The notes: generated by a model from the sequence alone, not told the origin. A stretch of DNA of 64,000 nucleotides from Paraspadella gotoi (GCA_051294375.1 CM119268.1:7526632-7590631); one strand, 5' to 3'. Numbered from the stretch's first letter, positions 50,020-63,491 are shown. Translations and numbers: made by a program.

Positions 50020-53000
50020 AAAATTATGTATTTTTTTAATGTAAAAAAATACTTTATAGACCAAGGAAAAATACTCCCCGACTCTCCCAACAATGAAGGG
50101 AAAAAACATCCTGAGATTTGAAGGAATACGTGGCGAATGGAAGACGTCAGTTGGACCTTGGTTGGCTCAGTTGGTTCGGTCGTGTTCACCTTCTTTCGGA
50201 AGGTTTCGAGTTCAAATCGAGACCAATGCAACGAGAGGAAAACCTTACCAGATTTTTTCTCATTTTAATTTAATACAATTTCAACGTGGAGCCATCGACT
50301 GTGGTTATGACCACAGTTGTCCCAAGAATTCATCGACGAATCGAATTCATTCTGTTAATTTTGTTTTCTTAGTTTGCGGAATAACAACAACAACACAATA
50401 AACGAACGTGAGCTGATCGCGGTTTTCTATGACGTCCGTTCTTTTTTTACAATCAAAAGCCTTTTTTGAGTCCCCCTCCTTTGATTTGGTTTTCCCTTTA
50501 TTGTTTCTGCTTATCTTTTTCGCTGATCAACATTAATTGTTTTACCTGATTCGGTCCTATTCAAAAAAACACACAGATGTTTTTTTTAATCAAGAGTGTT
50601 AAAATGTAAAATCAACTGGCAAAAACGTATTAATTGGATAAAATAATTTATTTCCAACGCTGACTTGCCGAAACAAGGCATGCAAAATAAACAAATTTTT
50701 AAGATTCCATAAAAAGAATTCTTTCCCTAATTGTTTCTCCTTGAGATCGTCAACGCTTCAGCAATCAGCAGACACCTCCCCATTCCGCCCAGGCAAACGT
50801 ATTTGACGTCCAAGTATTCTTCAATGCCATTTTGGATGATTCCTTGCCAATACCGCTTTCCTTTGAGGGAAAGAACATTGAGAGACGTTTATTCTTGTTA
50901 CCGTTTTCAGGATTAAAAATATTATTGCAGAGTGCAGATGGAGCAGGGAGTAGTGAGGAACTGGGCTTTTTATTTTATCTGGCCTGAGGTTTTGTTCTAG
51001 CTCTGTTAGGCTCAATGAGAGTTCGATTTTTACCTTGAGTCCGCGAAAAGACGCTTCGACAGTCGAGAGTGCGCCCTCGTTAACTCCAACCATTCCGAAG
51101 TCGAGAGCGGGACGCCACGCGCCAAATTTGCGCGAAAATCCTGGAAAACGAAATGCTCAAATCAAAAAGTAATTTTGAAACATTGTAAACTTTTAATTTT
51201 TTTACTGCTACGCAAATATACGTAACTTTCGAGGTTATATAATAGTTAAAGATCGTTTTAATGAAAGTTATTAAAGTGACAAAGTAGTAAGATATTTTTA
51301 TTTGTATTAAACAACGAGTTTGCAAATAGTTTCGGACAAAATACAATATAAAAATCTTCAGAACTTTGTAACTCTATTCACTATAACAACGAAAAAGAAA
51401 AAACGATACAAAAAGTTATTTAAAATATTTTAAAAATTACTTGCCTGAGAATAAAAGTAAGCGGCGAGACCGTAGGGAGTCGCGTTGCGAAACCGACGAC
51501 TTCGTTCTCCGATTTGAATTTGTAAATCGCGACACCGACCGAAAATTCTTCGTTGGCGATCTCCATATCGAGAGTCACGTTTTCTGAATAAGGACTGAAG
51601 TCGTCATTAAACGATTTACAAACTGGTTATTAATTGGTAAATGGTAAGTGACTATTTACTTGTAAATGAAAAACTGGGGACTGAACGTCATAAAGGGATA
51701 CGAAAACGATACTAACGTCAACAAGGTTGGTTCGTAGTGGTTTGGCCCAGTATCCGAAATCCTTCCTCCTCTATGTAGCTTCGCCCCTCTCTTGACGGCG
51801 TCCTGCGAGAGGATAAATATTAATATTTAATAATACTTGTGCTAATCCTCCACGAACTAACAATTTAATAATTTACCTTGACGAGACGATCGACCTTTTC
51901 TAATCCTCGTCGGTTAATCAGTGGGCCTTGGCTTACATTAGGATCGAAAGAGAGAGATAAAATTATGTATTTTTTTAATGTAAAAAAATACTTTATAGAC
52001 AAGGAAAAATACTCCCACTCTCCCAACAATGAAGGGAAAAAACTATCCTGAGATTTGAAGGAATACGTGGCGAATGGAAGACGTCATTTGACCTTGGTTG
52101 GCTCAGTTGGTTCGGTTCGTTGTCTCACCGTCTTTCGCGAAGGTTTCGAGTTCAAATCGAGACCAATGCAACGAGAGGAAAACCTACCAGATTTTTTCTC
52201 ATTTTTAATTTATATTACAATTTCAACGTGGAGCCCATCGACTGTGGTATGACCAACAGTTGTCCAGAATTCATCGACGAATCGAATTCATTCTGTAATT
52301 TTGTTTTCTTAGTTTGCGGAATAAACAACAACAACACAAATAAACGAACGTGAGCTGATCGCGTTTTCTATGACGTCCGTTCTTTTTTTACAATCAAAAG
52401 CCTTTTGTTAGTCCCCCTCCTTTGATTTTGGTTTCCTCTTATTGTTTCTGCTTATCTTTTTCGCTGATCTAACATTAATTTGTTTACCTGATTCCGGTCC
52501 TATTCAAAAAAACCACAAGATTTTTTTAATCAGAGTGTAAAATGTAAAATCAACTGGCAAAAACGTATTAATTGGTAAAATAATTTATTTTCAACGCTGA
52601 CTTGCCGAAACAAGGCATGCAAAATAAACAAATTTTGTAAGATTCCATAAAAAGAATTCTTTCCCCTAATTGTTTCTCCTTGAGATCGTCCAACGCTTCA
52701 GCAATCAGCAGACACCTCCGCGCATTCCGCCCAGGCAAACGTATTTGACGTCCAAGTATTCTTCAATGCCATATTGGATGATTCCTTGCCAATACCGCTT
52801 CCTTTGAGGAAAGAAACATTTGAGGAGACGTTTATTCTTGTTACCGTTTTCAGGATTAAAAATATTATTGCAGAGTGCAGATGGAGCAGGGAGTAGGTGA
52901 GGAACTGGGCTTTTTATTTTATCTCGGCCTGAGGTTTTGTTCTCAAGCTCTGTTAGGCTCAATGAAGTTCGAATTTTTACCTTGAGTCCCGCGAAAAGAC

Positions 53001-53884
53001 GCTTCGACAGTCGAGAAGTGCGCCCTCGTTAACTCCAACCATTCCGAAGTGAGCGGGACGCCACGCGCCAAATTTGCGCTAATCCTGGAAAACGAAATGC
53101 CTCAAATCAAAAAAGTAATTTTGAAACATTGTAAACTTTTGAATTTTTTTACTGCTACGCAAATATACGTAAATTTCGAGGTTATATAAAAGTTAAAGAT
53201 CGTTTAAATGAAAGTTGTATTAAAGTGACAAGTAGTTAGATATTTTATTTTGTATTAAACAACGAGTTGCAAAATAGTATCGGACAAAATACAAAATAAA
53301 AATCTTCAGAACTTTGTAACTCTATCACTATAACAACGAAAAAGAAAAAGAAACGATACAACGAAAGTTATTTAAAAATATTTTTAAAAATTACTTGCCT
53401 GAGAATAAAAGTAAGCGGCGAGACCGTAGGGAGTCGCGTTGCGAAACCGAACGACTTCGTCTTCCGATTTGAATTTGTAATCGCGACACCGACCGAAAAT
53501 TTCTTCGTTGGCGATCTCCATATAGCGAAGTCTTCTGAAGAAGGACTGAAGTCGTCATTAAACGATTTACAAACTGGTTATTAATTGGTAAAGTAGTGAC
53601 TGTATAATGAAAAACTGGGGACTGAACGTCATAAAGGGATACGAAAACGATACTAACGTCAACAAGGTTGGTTCGTAGTGGTTTGGCCCAATCCGAAATC
53701 CTTCCTCCTCTAGTGTAGCTTCGCCCTCTCTTGACGGCGTCCTGAGAGGATAAATATTAATATTTAATAATACTTGTGCTTAATCCTCCACGACTAAAGA
53801 ATTTAATAATTTACCTTGACAGACGATCGACCTTTTCTAATCCTCGTCGGTTAATCAGTGGGCCTTGCTTTACATTAGGATCGA
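50020..53884. repeat. Tandem ~1.93 kb duplication (50020-51945 / 51958-53884) covering the 3' part of SSADH
   Basis: Both copies start at aaaattatgtatttttttaatg and end at cattaggatcga. The second copy has many 1-bp indels. Confidence 0.93.
50155..50230 (+). pseudogene. Degenerate tRNA-Gly-like sequence (pseudo-tRNA or SINE head)
   Basis: A-box TGGCTCAGTTGG, B-box GAGTTCAAATC, TTGGT/ACCAA acceptor pairing, and a 3' end CCAATGCA as in eukaryotic tRNA-Gly. The anticodon arm is degenerate. Confidence 0.5.
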
Positions 53885-56002
53885 GACCATTTCCTGGAAA
53901 ATTATTGAAAAAATGAAGCAAGACGTTGAATTGTAAGTTATGAATTATTTAAATTAAGAGATAAAGAATGAAATGGATGTTAAGATAATTAATGAGAAAG
54001 AAAGAAAGAAATAGAAGGCAAGAAATAATTAATAGATTGGAATAGAATTAATAGATACAGCCTCCATCTATGTAACTTTTTTACCCAATTAATTCCGTTC
54101 ATGGGCTTTGTCGACGCCGTTAACAAATTCGTCGTAGACCGACTCGTGAACTAAGAATCTGTTGGATGTGACGCAAGTTTGTCCGGCGTTGCGCCATTTT
54201 GACGTCCCCGCACCTGAAGGCGAGACGCTCAAGTTTGATTAATTCAAGTAATTATTTCATCCGTGTTAATCTACGTGCAATTGGTCTCACATTTTGCGGG
54301 TTCTAATGACAACATTTCAGTGTATACCCAAGTTGATCCTTTAACGACATCCTTTTAATGCATCTTCCATCTTCGCCGACTCGAAAACGGATGAATGGAG
54401 CATTTCCTCCGAGCTCAAGGGAAATCTTTTCACTCCTTTTGTTAAAGATGGAATAGATTTTAATAAATCACCAAAGAAGTTGTGATTCTATTTTTTATTC
54501 CTCACAATTAACTTAAGCAGCTTAGCAAAATAAGGCTTGGGTTTTTAAAAATCACACATAATTGTTATTAATTGTCATATATTTTAGATTTAATATTTCC
54601 TACTAATACAAAAATATTTACAAAAATTAAAAATTAATTCATTTTCGCCCCATAGGCTTTTCCTGGCTCCCTAAGAGCCGGGCCCCTCGGCTTTGTGGGG
54701 NNNNNNNNNNNNNNNNNNNNNNNNNATGAGACATTTCCTGGAAGGAATAATTTTAAAAAATGAAGCAAGACGTTGAATTGTAAGTATTTGTGTAATGAAT
54801 TATTTAAATTAAGAGATAAAGAATGAAATGGATGTAAGATAAATTAATGAGAAAGAAAGAAAGAAAAAGAAGAAGGCAAGAAATAATTAATTAGAATTGA
54901 ATAGAATTAATTAGATACAGCTCCATCTATGTACTTTTTTACCCAATTTAATTCCGTTCATGGGCTTTGTCGACGCCGTTAACAAATTGCGTCGTAGAGT
55001 GTCTATCCCTCTACACAATAACAACGATAAAAACAAGCACATCCAATAAGACCTTCAGCGCACTGTCTCATCAACTGCTTCCCGACGGCCGTTGATCCCG
55101 TGAAGGAGATTTTAGCGACGCGCTCGTCTCGACACAGGGCCAATCCGACTTCCGGAGCACGAGCTCGAGCGCAAGTGACGACGTTGAAGACGCCGGGAGG
55201 AAATCCGGCGTCGTGGACGAGACGCGCCAACGCCAGCGCCGAGAACGGAGTGTCTTCAGCGGGTTTGAGAACGACGGTGCAGCCTTTGGAGGAAAAGGAG
55301 GGTGGGGTCCGTCATTAAAATTTAAAGATTGAAATTTAAGAAGAGTGTCTTTCTTTTTTTTTCTTTTTTTTCTTTTTTTCTTTTTTTCTTTCTTTCTTTC
55401 TTTCTTTCATTTATTTCTTCTTTTGATGTTTTAGATAATCTTCCCGCTGCTATTTTTTTTTTCTTTCTTCTTCTTGTTTCCTTTTCCTGCCTCTTATTCT
55501 TCTCTTTTCTCTCTTTGTCCTTTCTTTATTCAAAATAAAAACAAAGCCCCCTAAAAACAGCCAACCGGCTGCCAACGCCCGCGCCGCTTTTCTCGTAAAC
55601 CACGCGGACGGAAAGTTCCACGGTGTTACTAGACCGCAGACGCCCACGGGCTGTTTGAAGTGCAGGATGCGCTTAGAGGGATGAGGAGACGCCACCAAGT
55701 CGCCGTAAATTCGCCGCCCTTCTTCCGCGAACCTGGTGGTCGGCAAGAAAGCAAATTGCGTGCGAACAAAGATTATTTCGGTTTTAGAAAACTGCTTCCT
55801 TCAGAATTGGCATTGATTTAAGAAATTATTTAATGATATAACACAGTCTACTTGCCATTCAACGAATTGCGCTGAGAATCCAACCTCTGCCTTGGCCTCC
55901 GCCAGCGGCTTCCCCTGTTCAAGCGTCATCAACCGCGCAAGATCCTCGGCGTTGTCGCGAATGAGGGTGTGCAGTTTCTGGGAGAGAAAAAGAGGGATGG
56001 AT

Positions 56003-56072
<70 letters not shown>

Positions 56073-56316
56073 AAGAACTGACCCACCATCTTACTTTGAG
56101 CAGATCGCTCCTACTTTTCGCCGTCGTTTCGCGCCACCCGACAAAGGCATCGGCTGCAGCGTCGACGGCGGCGCGGACGTCGACGGCGCTCATGTCAGGA
56201 ACGGCGCCGAGACGATTTCCGGTCGCCGGATCGAAGACCTCGAACGTGGCGCCGGAAATGGCCGGGACGAAAACGCCGCCGACGAAGGACAACTCATGGA
56301 GCAACGGGACGGACAT
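50765..56316 (-). CDS. ALDH5A1: Succinate-semialdehyde dehydrogenase (ALDH5A1/GabD family), multi-exon; interrupted by an N gap and a duplication
   Basis: [43 protein letters not shown]...[49 protein letters not shown] (catalytic Cys), [15 protein letters not shown]. The intact 3' exons are in the distal copy (50765-51945). Confidence 0.88.
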
Positions 56317-57106
56317 TTCGATGACGTGGAGGAAATGGCAAGGAGAAAACGGAAAGGTGGAGACGGCGTTTAGGACGTAATGGTAGGAGAAATGGCAAGA
56401 AGGCAAGCAGAGATACAATTGTCGTAGAAGGGTCCAAGACTAGTTGGGCAGATTGTCCGTTAATGAGATGTATGTTCTTTGGCAAAATGGAGTCAATTTT
56501 TTGAATTCTTTTGGACGATGCTTAACTTCTTAAACATCTCTGAAACTGAAAATCTAACAGATGGAAACCTACATATTTAAAACAGTAAATTTTAAAGCAA
56601 TGAGTCCAGAATTATTTAATAATTCAAATACTTATAAAGCTATAGCTATACTAAGAGTTTTTGTATATTTTTTCCGTTTATAAATTTACAAAAAATCAAA
56701 GAAATTCGATTCTCTTTGATTGGCGATTGGCGAACATAAACAAAATGCCACAGTTGTACAATTCATGATGAAGTTAAACAAAAATAACCTTTGCCCAACA
56801 AATAACTCAGGAATTGTTTTTATGTTTGACGTCTCAGGCTTTGTTCACTATAAATTTATTTTTAAAGTAAGCAAAGCCCTTCTAAACTTAGAACAGCCTG
56901 TTCTTTACCGCACAATTTAAGACATACCAGACGTCTAAACACTGTTAATAAAGAATGAACCGAAACGAAACTATTGAAACCATTTTTTTTTTGGGCGTTT
57001 TAGCGTCGAAATGACTCAAATTAGACATAAAAATATTAATTAGGTAAAGTTACACTTATTTTCAAAAACGTCTTGACTTCGGTAAACGGTTTTGAATTTG
57101 AGTCAA

Positions 57107-58568
57107 TCATTTCAACAGATACGAAGTTGGTGGCAAAAAGTTGACGAACTCCTGGAAGCCAATCTGTTCGTCTCCCGTTGTGTCGAATTGAATCAAAACA
57201 CTAGCTGCTTGGTCTCCGGGAATACCCAGTTCGGAAGTAAGCAGCTTGCTCAACTCCTCCTTGGACAGTTTTCCTGAAAACATACGACGCATACTTTATA
57301 TAAAAAAATGTTCTAAAAAATTATGGGGAAAAACCTTCATCGGGCATGGAAGTGAGTTTTTGTGGAACTTTTTAAGCAGCATACGTACCCGAATCATCGT
57401 CGTCGTGTTGTTTGAAAATCCTCAACGCTTCCGTCAAAAGTCTGTAAGATTGATTGTCCTTCACAACGGTCACGATGTTCTCTTGTTTCATGAAATCCTA
57501 TGACGTCGGAAATTCAATGAAAGTTTTTTACGGCTGCTTCATAGTGGCTTTTTCACACTGATTTAAGTAACTCGAATGACCGAAGATCGATCAAAACAAC
57601 GTTTAACGCCTAATAGATATCCTATAGATATCCTATAGATATCCTATTAGATATCCGTATAGTATTTCCGCCACATCCTTTCCCAATCCACCTGAAACTC
57701 TTCCAAAGTGACGTCCTTGGACGCATCCTTGTCGACGAGCGCCTGCACCAGCTTCGACTCTTCCGCATCCAACCCCAACTCTTCCGTCAGCAATTTGCGC
57801 ATCTCGCTCCGCTTGAGGGCGCCGGTCCCGTCCTTGTCGTACTTATTAAAGAGAGCCTTGATGACTTTGGTTTTGTGGGCGTCGCCGAGCGAGAGGACGC
57901 CGTCCGTCGCGTCGTTTTTGTCGTCGTCCTTTTTGTCGGCGTCGTCAGGCGCCTTATCCGCTTCTTCTTCTTTCTTCGCCTCCTCTTCCTCCGCTTCTCC
58001 CGCGTCCTCTTTCGCTTCTTCCTCGACTTTTTCCGCTTTATCCTCGGTCTCTTCCCCGTCATTGTCCTCGTTTTCTTTTTCAGCTTTTTCGGTGGCGGCG
58101 TCGTCGACGGCCACCTCGGCAATGTCGGCAGCTGCTTCGGCAGCGGCGTCGGCAGTGGCAGCGTCAGCGTCAGCCTCGGCAGCGTCGTCAGCGACGTGCG
58201 TTTCCACCTCAGCCACGGACGCCACCTCTTCGCCCCCGGAGGCATCTCCCACTTCCTCCACCGCTACTCCAACGCCACCTTCGGGAACTTCGACGCCTCT
58301 ATCTCGCGCTTTGGATTTCTTGAAGGGTTTAGAGATGCTCTTCCTCGCCGCCCGCAGACTCTTGCGAATGTCGATGTTCTTCACGAAGCTGGAACCGGCG
58401 GCGCCATTTTCGGCGGCGTCGCCCGCTGCGGAGTGGGGGGGGGAGGTGCGGCGTCGGCTGCGACGGATTCCGTTCGGGGTTTGTCGATCGGTCGATCGAT
58501 TGGAGCTTTGGTTTTGGGGGTCTGTCTTCCTTGTTGCCGGAAGTACAGGAGGTAAGGGTGTTGCCCAT
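57107..58568 (-). CDS. N-myristoylation-motif, acidic Ala/Glu-rich protein with four C-terminal EF-hands (frameshift near the 5' end)
   Basis: Starts MGNTLTSCTSG; basic segment NIDIRKSLRAARKSISKPFKKSK; acidic linker; EF loops DKDGTGALKRSE, DKDASKDVTLEE, DDDDSGKLSKEE (spliced) and DTTGDEQIGFQE. The frame changes around the G-run at ~58435. Confidence 0.72.
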
Positions 58569-59855
58569 TGCGATGTTTCTTTCGAGCGAAATTGAGGTAA
58601 AGGTCGGCAGGTAATGTTTAATAGGCCGGAACAGGTTGAAAACTAGAAGTTCTCTCAAATAAATAATGGTAAAGTGACTGTTAGAGAATATGAAAATAAA
58701 AATAATTTAAAAAAATTATTTCATTAATAAGTGCACGGAAGCCTTTAAAGATTATTTTACTTACTATATAAAGTTAAAAATTTTTTTTTAATTTTTCAAT
58801 TTTTTTTATAGATTCTGATAGAGCTTTAAAAGTTAGATAAAGGTTATTAATACAAATTTTTAAAATTTTTTGTTTTGTATTTTAATTTAAAAACCATAAA
58901 TCGCATGATGATGATGATGATGATTTTTTAAAGTTTTTTTGGTTTTTAACCAATTTCTTGTCAAAATTTTAAAAAATTGTAGTACTAACTTTCATTTAAC
59001 TTTTCAAGCTCTATAAGAATCCGTTCTTAAAAATTAATTTTTTTAAAAAAAATTTTGTCATTTGTTATATATTAATAAATATTTAAAAGCTTCAGTGCAA
59101 CAACCCAATGAACTTATTCAAAAAGTTGCATTGAAATCGATTAGGTAATAGAAGGAAAAAAGAAATTTTTTGAGAGAATTAGAAGTTATAAAAAGTGTTC
59201 AATTTTGGCCCGCCTTAATGTTTAATCCAAATCGATAGTTGAATAATAAATCATTTTTCGTTTGAAATCTTACGCCGCAATGTGATGATTGTTAAAATTG
59301 CACATTTTAGTCTGAATAGCAAAACAACGAAAAAGCAATCGCGTATAAACAATCCGTAAAAAAAATTACGCAATATAACATATCACCACCGAGGCAAAAA
59401 GACTTGTATGTATTATGTAAAATAATTACAAAATGATACTATTTACAATTTTAATTTGAGATCTTTGAAGAACAAACCAAAATCTATGTTTTTTAAACTT
59501 ATAAATTAGTTGACATGAAACAGGATTCCTATTTTTGAAAAACTAACAGTAACTTACGTTGAAAAAATTCTTTAGAAGACTAGTTAATGGTTAATACATA
59601 ATTTTACATCATACAAAAGCTTTGTTGGAATATCTAAAAGTAAAAAAATCTTTTATTTTTTTAAAACTTTTTTGTAATTACAAATTAATGCACTTTTAAC
59701 ATGAAAAGATATCAATAAATGAATAATATATGTATGGAGCTAAAACAAAAGCGCATAATTTTATAAGATTCAAAGGTAAGTTTTTTTTTGTTCGTTGTTG
59801 TTGTCGTCGTCTTCGTCGTCGTCGTCTTCGTCGTCATCGTCATCATACTTTTTCT

Positions 59856-61162
59856 TTATGAGATCTCAAGTCCGGTCACCAAATTCTTCGCTTCGTTCAA
59901 GTTCATGTTGACGTCGGGCAGCTCGACTTTCGCTTCCGCGTTGACGTCCGCTGCTGCCGATAACGCCGCGCCCGCCTCGGCCTCCGCCGTCGACCCGGCC
60001 TTCGCCAACGCGTCCGCCCCCGCCTCCAATCCTTCTCCCGCCGCCGCCTCCAGTCCCTCACCTGCAGCCGTCAATTTCTCCGCGGCCGCATTGGCTCCTT
60101 CCTCCGCGACCGCGTTGAGGGCGCCTTCGCCCGCTTCCACCGCTCCGTCGACGGCCTTAGTCGCCTGTGCCTCCACATTTCCTGCAGCGTCGGTGGCGGC
60201 GCCAACTGCGGCGTCGACTCCCTCGTTTACGACGGCGTCGATCTTACCGCTGGCGTCGGTGGTGCCCGATTCCAGAGCTTTAGTTCCCTTTTCGGCGGCG
60301 TCGGCAACGGTGTCGGCGGCTGATTCTGTAGCGTCGGCGGCGAATTTTTCAACGCCGCTTTCGACTTTCGCCGCCGCCGATTCAGCGCCGGCCGACGCCT
60401 CGGCGAAGACAGAGTCTTGGGCGTTGGCGGCGGCGTCTTTAGCGGCGTCCATCGTTCCGACCAAAGAGGCGGCGGCGTCCTCGATTCCGCCCACTACTTT
60501 GGCGCTTTCCTCGGCTGTCTCGTTAATGGCGTCATTGGCGGCGTCGATCTTTCCGGTTCCAACGGCGACGGCGTCCTTGGCAGCGTCGGCGGCGCCACTC
60601 GCCGCATCATCGAACTGACTAACGCTGGCCTTCTTTTCCTTGACGTACTCGCTGAGACTGTTCATGATTCCGGCCCGGCTTCCGACGCCGTCGGGTTTCG
60701 CGGGCGGGTTCCGCCCTCTTCCGACTTGGCGGCGTCGATGAAGGGAATGTCGACGCCGGCGGCGTCCGTTGTGATTCGATCGACGACGCCTTTGCTGCCG
60801 TCTTGATCTTCTCGTCGACGAATTCAGTGGCGGCGGTGATGACGTCCTCTTGACGCGCCAACCGCCGCCGTCGCCGACTCGACCAATGAGTTGCCGGCTT
60901 CGTTGCCAGTCGCGGCTGCTGAGGAGGCGGTGGCGGCGGCCGCAGAGGCGGAGCCAGCTGTGTCAGCAGCGACGGCTTCGGCGACGGCTGCGGCGTCTGC
61001 TGCCGACTTTTTTCCGGACTTGAAGCTCTTGCGAATGTCGAGCCCGCGAAGGAGGGAGCCGCCCTCGCCGCCCGACGATGGCTTTGCTCCCGGCGCCGAA
61101 GCCTCGTTGCCCGGCCGGTCGTCGGCCGATCTGCCCGACACGCACGAGGCTAAGTTTCCCAT
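59856..61162 (-). CDS. Paralogous N-myristoylation-motif, acidic Ala-rich low-complexity protein without EF-hands (apparent frameshifts)
   Basis: Starts MGNLASCVSG, contains GLDIRKSFKSGKKS, then long A/E/D/G-rich sequence. The sequence is spread over three reading frames (61162-60824, 60861-60619, 60665-59856). Confidence 0.6.
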
Positions 61163-61699
61163 TTTTAGTTTGTTTTCTTTCTCTCGGGTTTAAAGCGGGA
61201 TTTATCCTCTCTGTTTCTCCCAAGCTCGTCCTTTTCTGATTCAGGTCAACTTTAAAAGAAATCAAGCGTCAAAACATAACAATTTGAATTAGGCAGATGT
61301 AAATAATTTCATTTGATGTAAAAACGTATTGTAAAACTATTTTATAAAATCAATAAATAAAAAAAAAAAAAAAATTAATGTCGATTTAGTTTCAAGACCG
61401 GATCGTTTCCAACGCCCCCACTGTTCTTTTCTTTCCTAATCCAAATCCCAGTTTCCTCGCTTGGTGTCTCCCCACAAGGACGACAACGACGACGCAACCG
61501 CTGCCGACCACGGATGCGACGACGACCGTTTTCCAGTTCCGTCGCCACCAACGAGCGAAGGGCGAAACGTCCTCTCCGTCGCTAACGTCGGTGGGGACGG
61601 GGGCGCAGTCGCGGGAGGTGACACTGGACGGCGGATGAAGAGGTAATTAACGTACTTTAAAAATACTATTATTAAAAACCGGTTGATCAAAGTTAATCC

Positions 61700-62116
61700 G
61701 TTCTTTACGCGGGTAAATCTTTCGGCGCGCGCGAGTAAATGTCGGCGCAGCAATAGAGATTTCTCGGCCAGCCGCAGCAAAACGAACTGTCACCTCTGAA
61801 GGTTAAAAAGATTAATTTTTACTCGAAAGCGAACGTACACGGTTCAATTGTACAACCCACATTGTTATTTTAATAATTGCCTTTCTCTGCAACTGAATGC
61901 TTCGACGTATTTGCTTTCGAAGTTGCAGTGGGCCGGGCATTCGACGAAGGTGACGCCGTCGACGACGCCATTTTGTTTTCGCGTCTCTCGTCTCGATTCC
62001 GTTTCGCGCGACGTCTTTGATTTGACGCTTTCCCTCGAGGTGGTCGTCGTTAGAGAGTAATCCATAAAAATTGTGATCAACGCGCCGATGAGTACGAAAC
62101 TGGCAGGGAGCTTCAT
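61700..62116 (-). CDS. Shisa-like Cys-rich secreted/membrane protein (frameshifted or partial)
   Basis: Signal peptide MKLPASFVLIGALITIF; ECPAHCNFESKYVEAFSC; a downstream segment SSFCCGWPRNLYCC matching the Shisa C...FxC...CCG...YCC pattern. Confidence 0.4.
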
Positions 62117-62569
62117 TGTCTAATTCGATGATATTTTTTTTTAGTTTATTTTCAGTCAACTCAATTCGCAGATAATATGAATACAATTTTTTTTTATGTG
62201 TAACGGAAACCTCTCGTTCGAGACACCTTTTTAATGGATCCGGTTTTGTCTTAGATTAAATTTCAAGTCACGAGTACTTTCCTTTTTCTCTTTTTTGAGA
62301 ACATGTTCAATGCTGGCGAAAATGTAAATATCAATTAATAAAAAAAGATAAATTAAATATTATTAAAAAGAATAGACGATGAACTAATTTTCTGCCCCCC
62401 TGCCACCGAAAAAAGCCGAGAAAGAGAGACAGAAAATGAAAAAGAAAAGGAAAGAAGAGGAGATTTCTGCTTCAAAAGGATAACACTGAATTCTAAAACT
62501 TTGATGAAGTGTTACCAAAAGTAGAAAAAAGCTTATCAAAACTATTTAATAATGAGCTATGGACCTCTG

Positions 62570-62647
<78 letters not shown>

Positions 62648-63289
62648 GAAGAATTCGAAGCGCTCTCTCGGATCGCGTAACCTGCTTTCCCAGATTTTCC
62701 CCCGAACTCGAATAAACCTGTCCGAGTTTAAGGGTTTAAAAGTCTCTAAATGCAAAAAAAGAACTATTCGAGTCAGAGCGTTTTAACTTTTTTAGAGTCG
62801 CGCAAGGTGAGCTCAGAAAGAACTTTGCTGTTTCAAGAAGAACGACTGGTGAAGTTAACGAATTCCGCTCACGATTGAGTTTGTTGTAATAAATATTGTT
62901 CCTTTAAATTTAAAATGATAAAAAAAAGGAAGAAAAAAATCTTTATAAAAAAAAAAGATATATTATCTCGTTTTCGGATTTAAGATAAGAGAAAATAAAC
63001 TACAACGGACAAATATTTTTTCCCTCCGAATTATAAATTAAGGCGTGAAGCTTTACAGCGGTTGAGACGGGTGTGTCGAACTCCGCTTGCCAAATCTCTA
63101 CTTTATACATCGAAAAAATAATTTATACATAAAGGGTCTGTCAGTGAGCGCACATCAGTCGGGGTCTTTTGTGAAATTTAAAATACCGTTAACGGAGTCT
63201 GAATAAACCTTAAGAAGTTCAGTCCTATCACGACTCGAAGCAGCAATCCACACCGATATTTCTAATCGCGAGGATTTCGCGAGCTTAGG

Positions 63290-63356
<67 letters not shown>

Positions 63357-63491
63357 CTTCTTCCCTCTCTTTCTCCTCCAACAATAAAACCTGTTGCGCT
63401 GACGCTGGCCCCGTTGGGTGATAATCAACCACATAAATCGGAATTCAAATTTTGTTTCATGGAAGTTAAAAGTTTTTGGGTGAGGGCAGCG

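Noticed and set aside
57614-57657. 11-bp tandem repeat (tagatatccta) x4
   Set aside because: A short intronic minisatellite with no spacers; not CRISPR-like and no evident function.
57708-60806. Long + strand Ser/Ala-rich ORFs
   Set aside because: Antisense shadows of the GC-rich, low-complexity minus-strand genes.
58329-62186. Programmed ribosomal frameshifting as the explanation for frame breaks in three adjacent genes
   Set aside because: The breaks are multiple, at least one is at a homopolymer, and the neighbouring sequence shows clear indel noise. Sequencing error is more parsimonious.
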